Shown here piece after piece: positions 23,664 to 23,850 of a DNA stretch of 23,850 bases. The DNA comes from Okeania sp. (GTDB lineage Bacteria > Cyanobacteriota > Cyanobacteriia > Cyanobacteriales > Microcoleaceae). Both the position numbers and the translations under genes were made by a program. The notes below the pieces were generated by a model, which was given only the letters and a program-made list of their open reading frames with translations, had not been told where the DNA came from and made no database searches. Numbering within the stretch: the stretch's first letter is position 1; each line of letters starts with the position of its first letter. The DNA is taken from positions 1 through 23,850 of the forward strand of contig NZ_JAYKGW010000030.1 in the NCBI RefSeq assembly GCF_035285525.1, read 5' to 3'.

Positions 23664-23850
23664 ATTTCAACCTTTATTATTGGTGATTTATGGCTCACGA
23701 ACAACTGTTTATTATATTTTCTGAAGCGTAAAAAAATGCCTATTGCCTATTGCCTATTCCCTTAACGGAATTTCAACCTTTATTATTGGTAATTTATGGC
23801 TCACGAACAACTGTTTATTATATTTTCTGAAGCGTAAAAAAATGCCTATT
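23664..23850. repeat. Tandem duplication with a 106-bp period (copy 2 runs off the window end), including a TGCCTAT heptamer triplet
   Basis: The 81 nt at 23664-23744 and at 23770-23850 differ at a single position. Each copy holds a 13-codon ORF (MAHEQLFIIFSEA, first at 23690-23731). Confidence 0.9.

Noticed and set aside
1-23850. Search for tRNA, rRNA, tmRNA, RNase P RNA, known cyanobacterial sRNAs, and NtcA-type GTA-N8-TAC sites
   Set aside because: I recognised no T-loop or acceptor-type signatures or conserved sRNA motifs by eye, and no convincing GTA-N8-TAC site in front of a gene. This is a weak negative that tRNAscan-SE, Infernal and motif scans should confirm.

Overview
This window looks like a chromosomal segment of a filamentous, Nostocales-type cyanobacterium. 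The evidence is 14 perfect HIP1 octamers (GCGATCGC), heptamer short tandem repeats in many intergenic spacers, and the gene content. Housekeeping genes read confidently: a wza-like and a wzc-like polysaccharide export pair, psbV plus psbV2, accD, pilD, galE, recR, rph, adk, a CobA/CobO-like protein with a degenerate P-loop, a DUF4335-like protein, a HEAT-repeat protein and an SH3 protein. These genes are separated by spacers packed with small repeats. The repeats include at least five MITE-like elements with GGACTTACGCA termini, a GTAGGGGTTTGGTCTCCAAA hairpin family, GAAACC(C)GGGTTTC palindromes and a GCCAAG..CTTGGC hairpin module. There are also several long tandem duplications of 60-64, 90, 106, 116 and 119 bp. 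Gene decay is frequent. I found a 3' remnant of a glutathionylspermidine-synthase-family gene, three separate Uma2 (DUF820) nuclease remnants, and a recR that has lost a canonical start codon for its conserved N-terminus. Two loci seem most worth follow-up. The first is an intact 450-aa NACHT/STAND NTPase at 20551-21903 that ends in a glycine-zipper transmembrane hairpin, has no sensor repeats or recognisable effector, and lies next to decayed Uma2 genes. The second is a non-coding 6-copy tandem array at 15095-15462 whose sequence variants change stepwise along the array. I recognised no rRNA, tRNA, CRISPR array or intact transposase. All homology calls come from reading the translations by eye, because no searches could be run.
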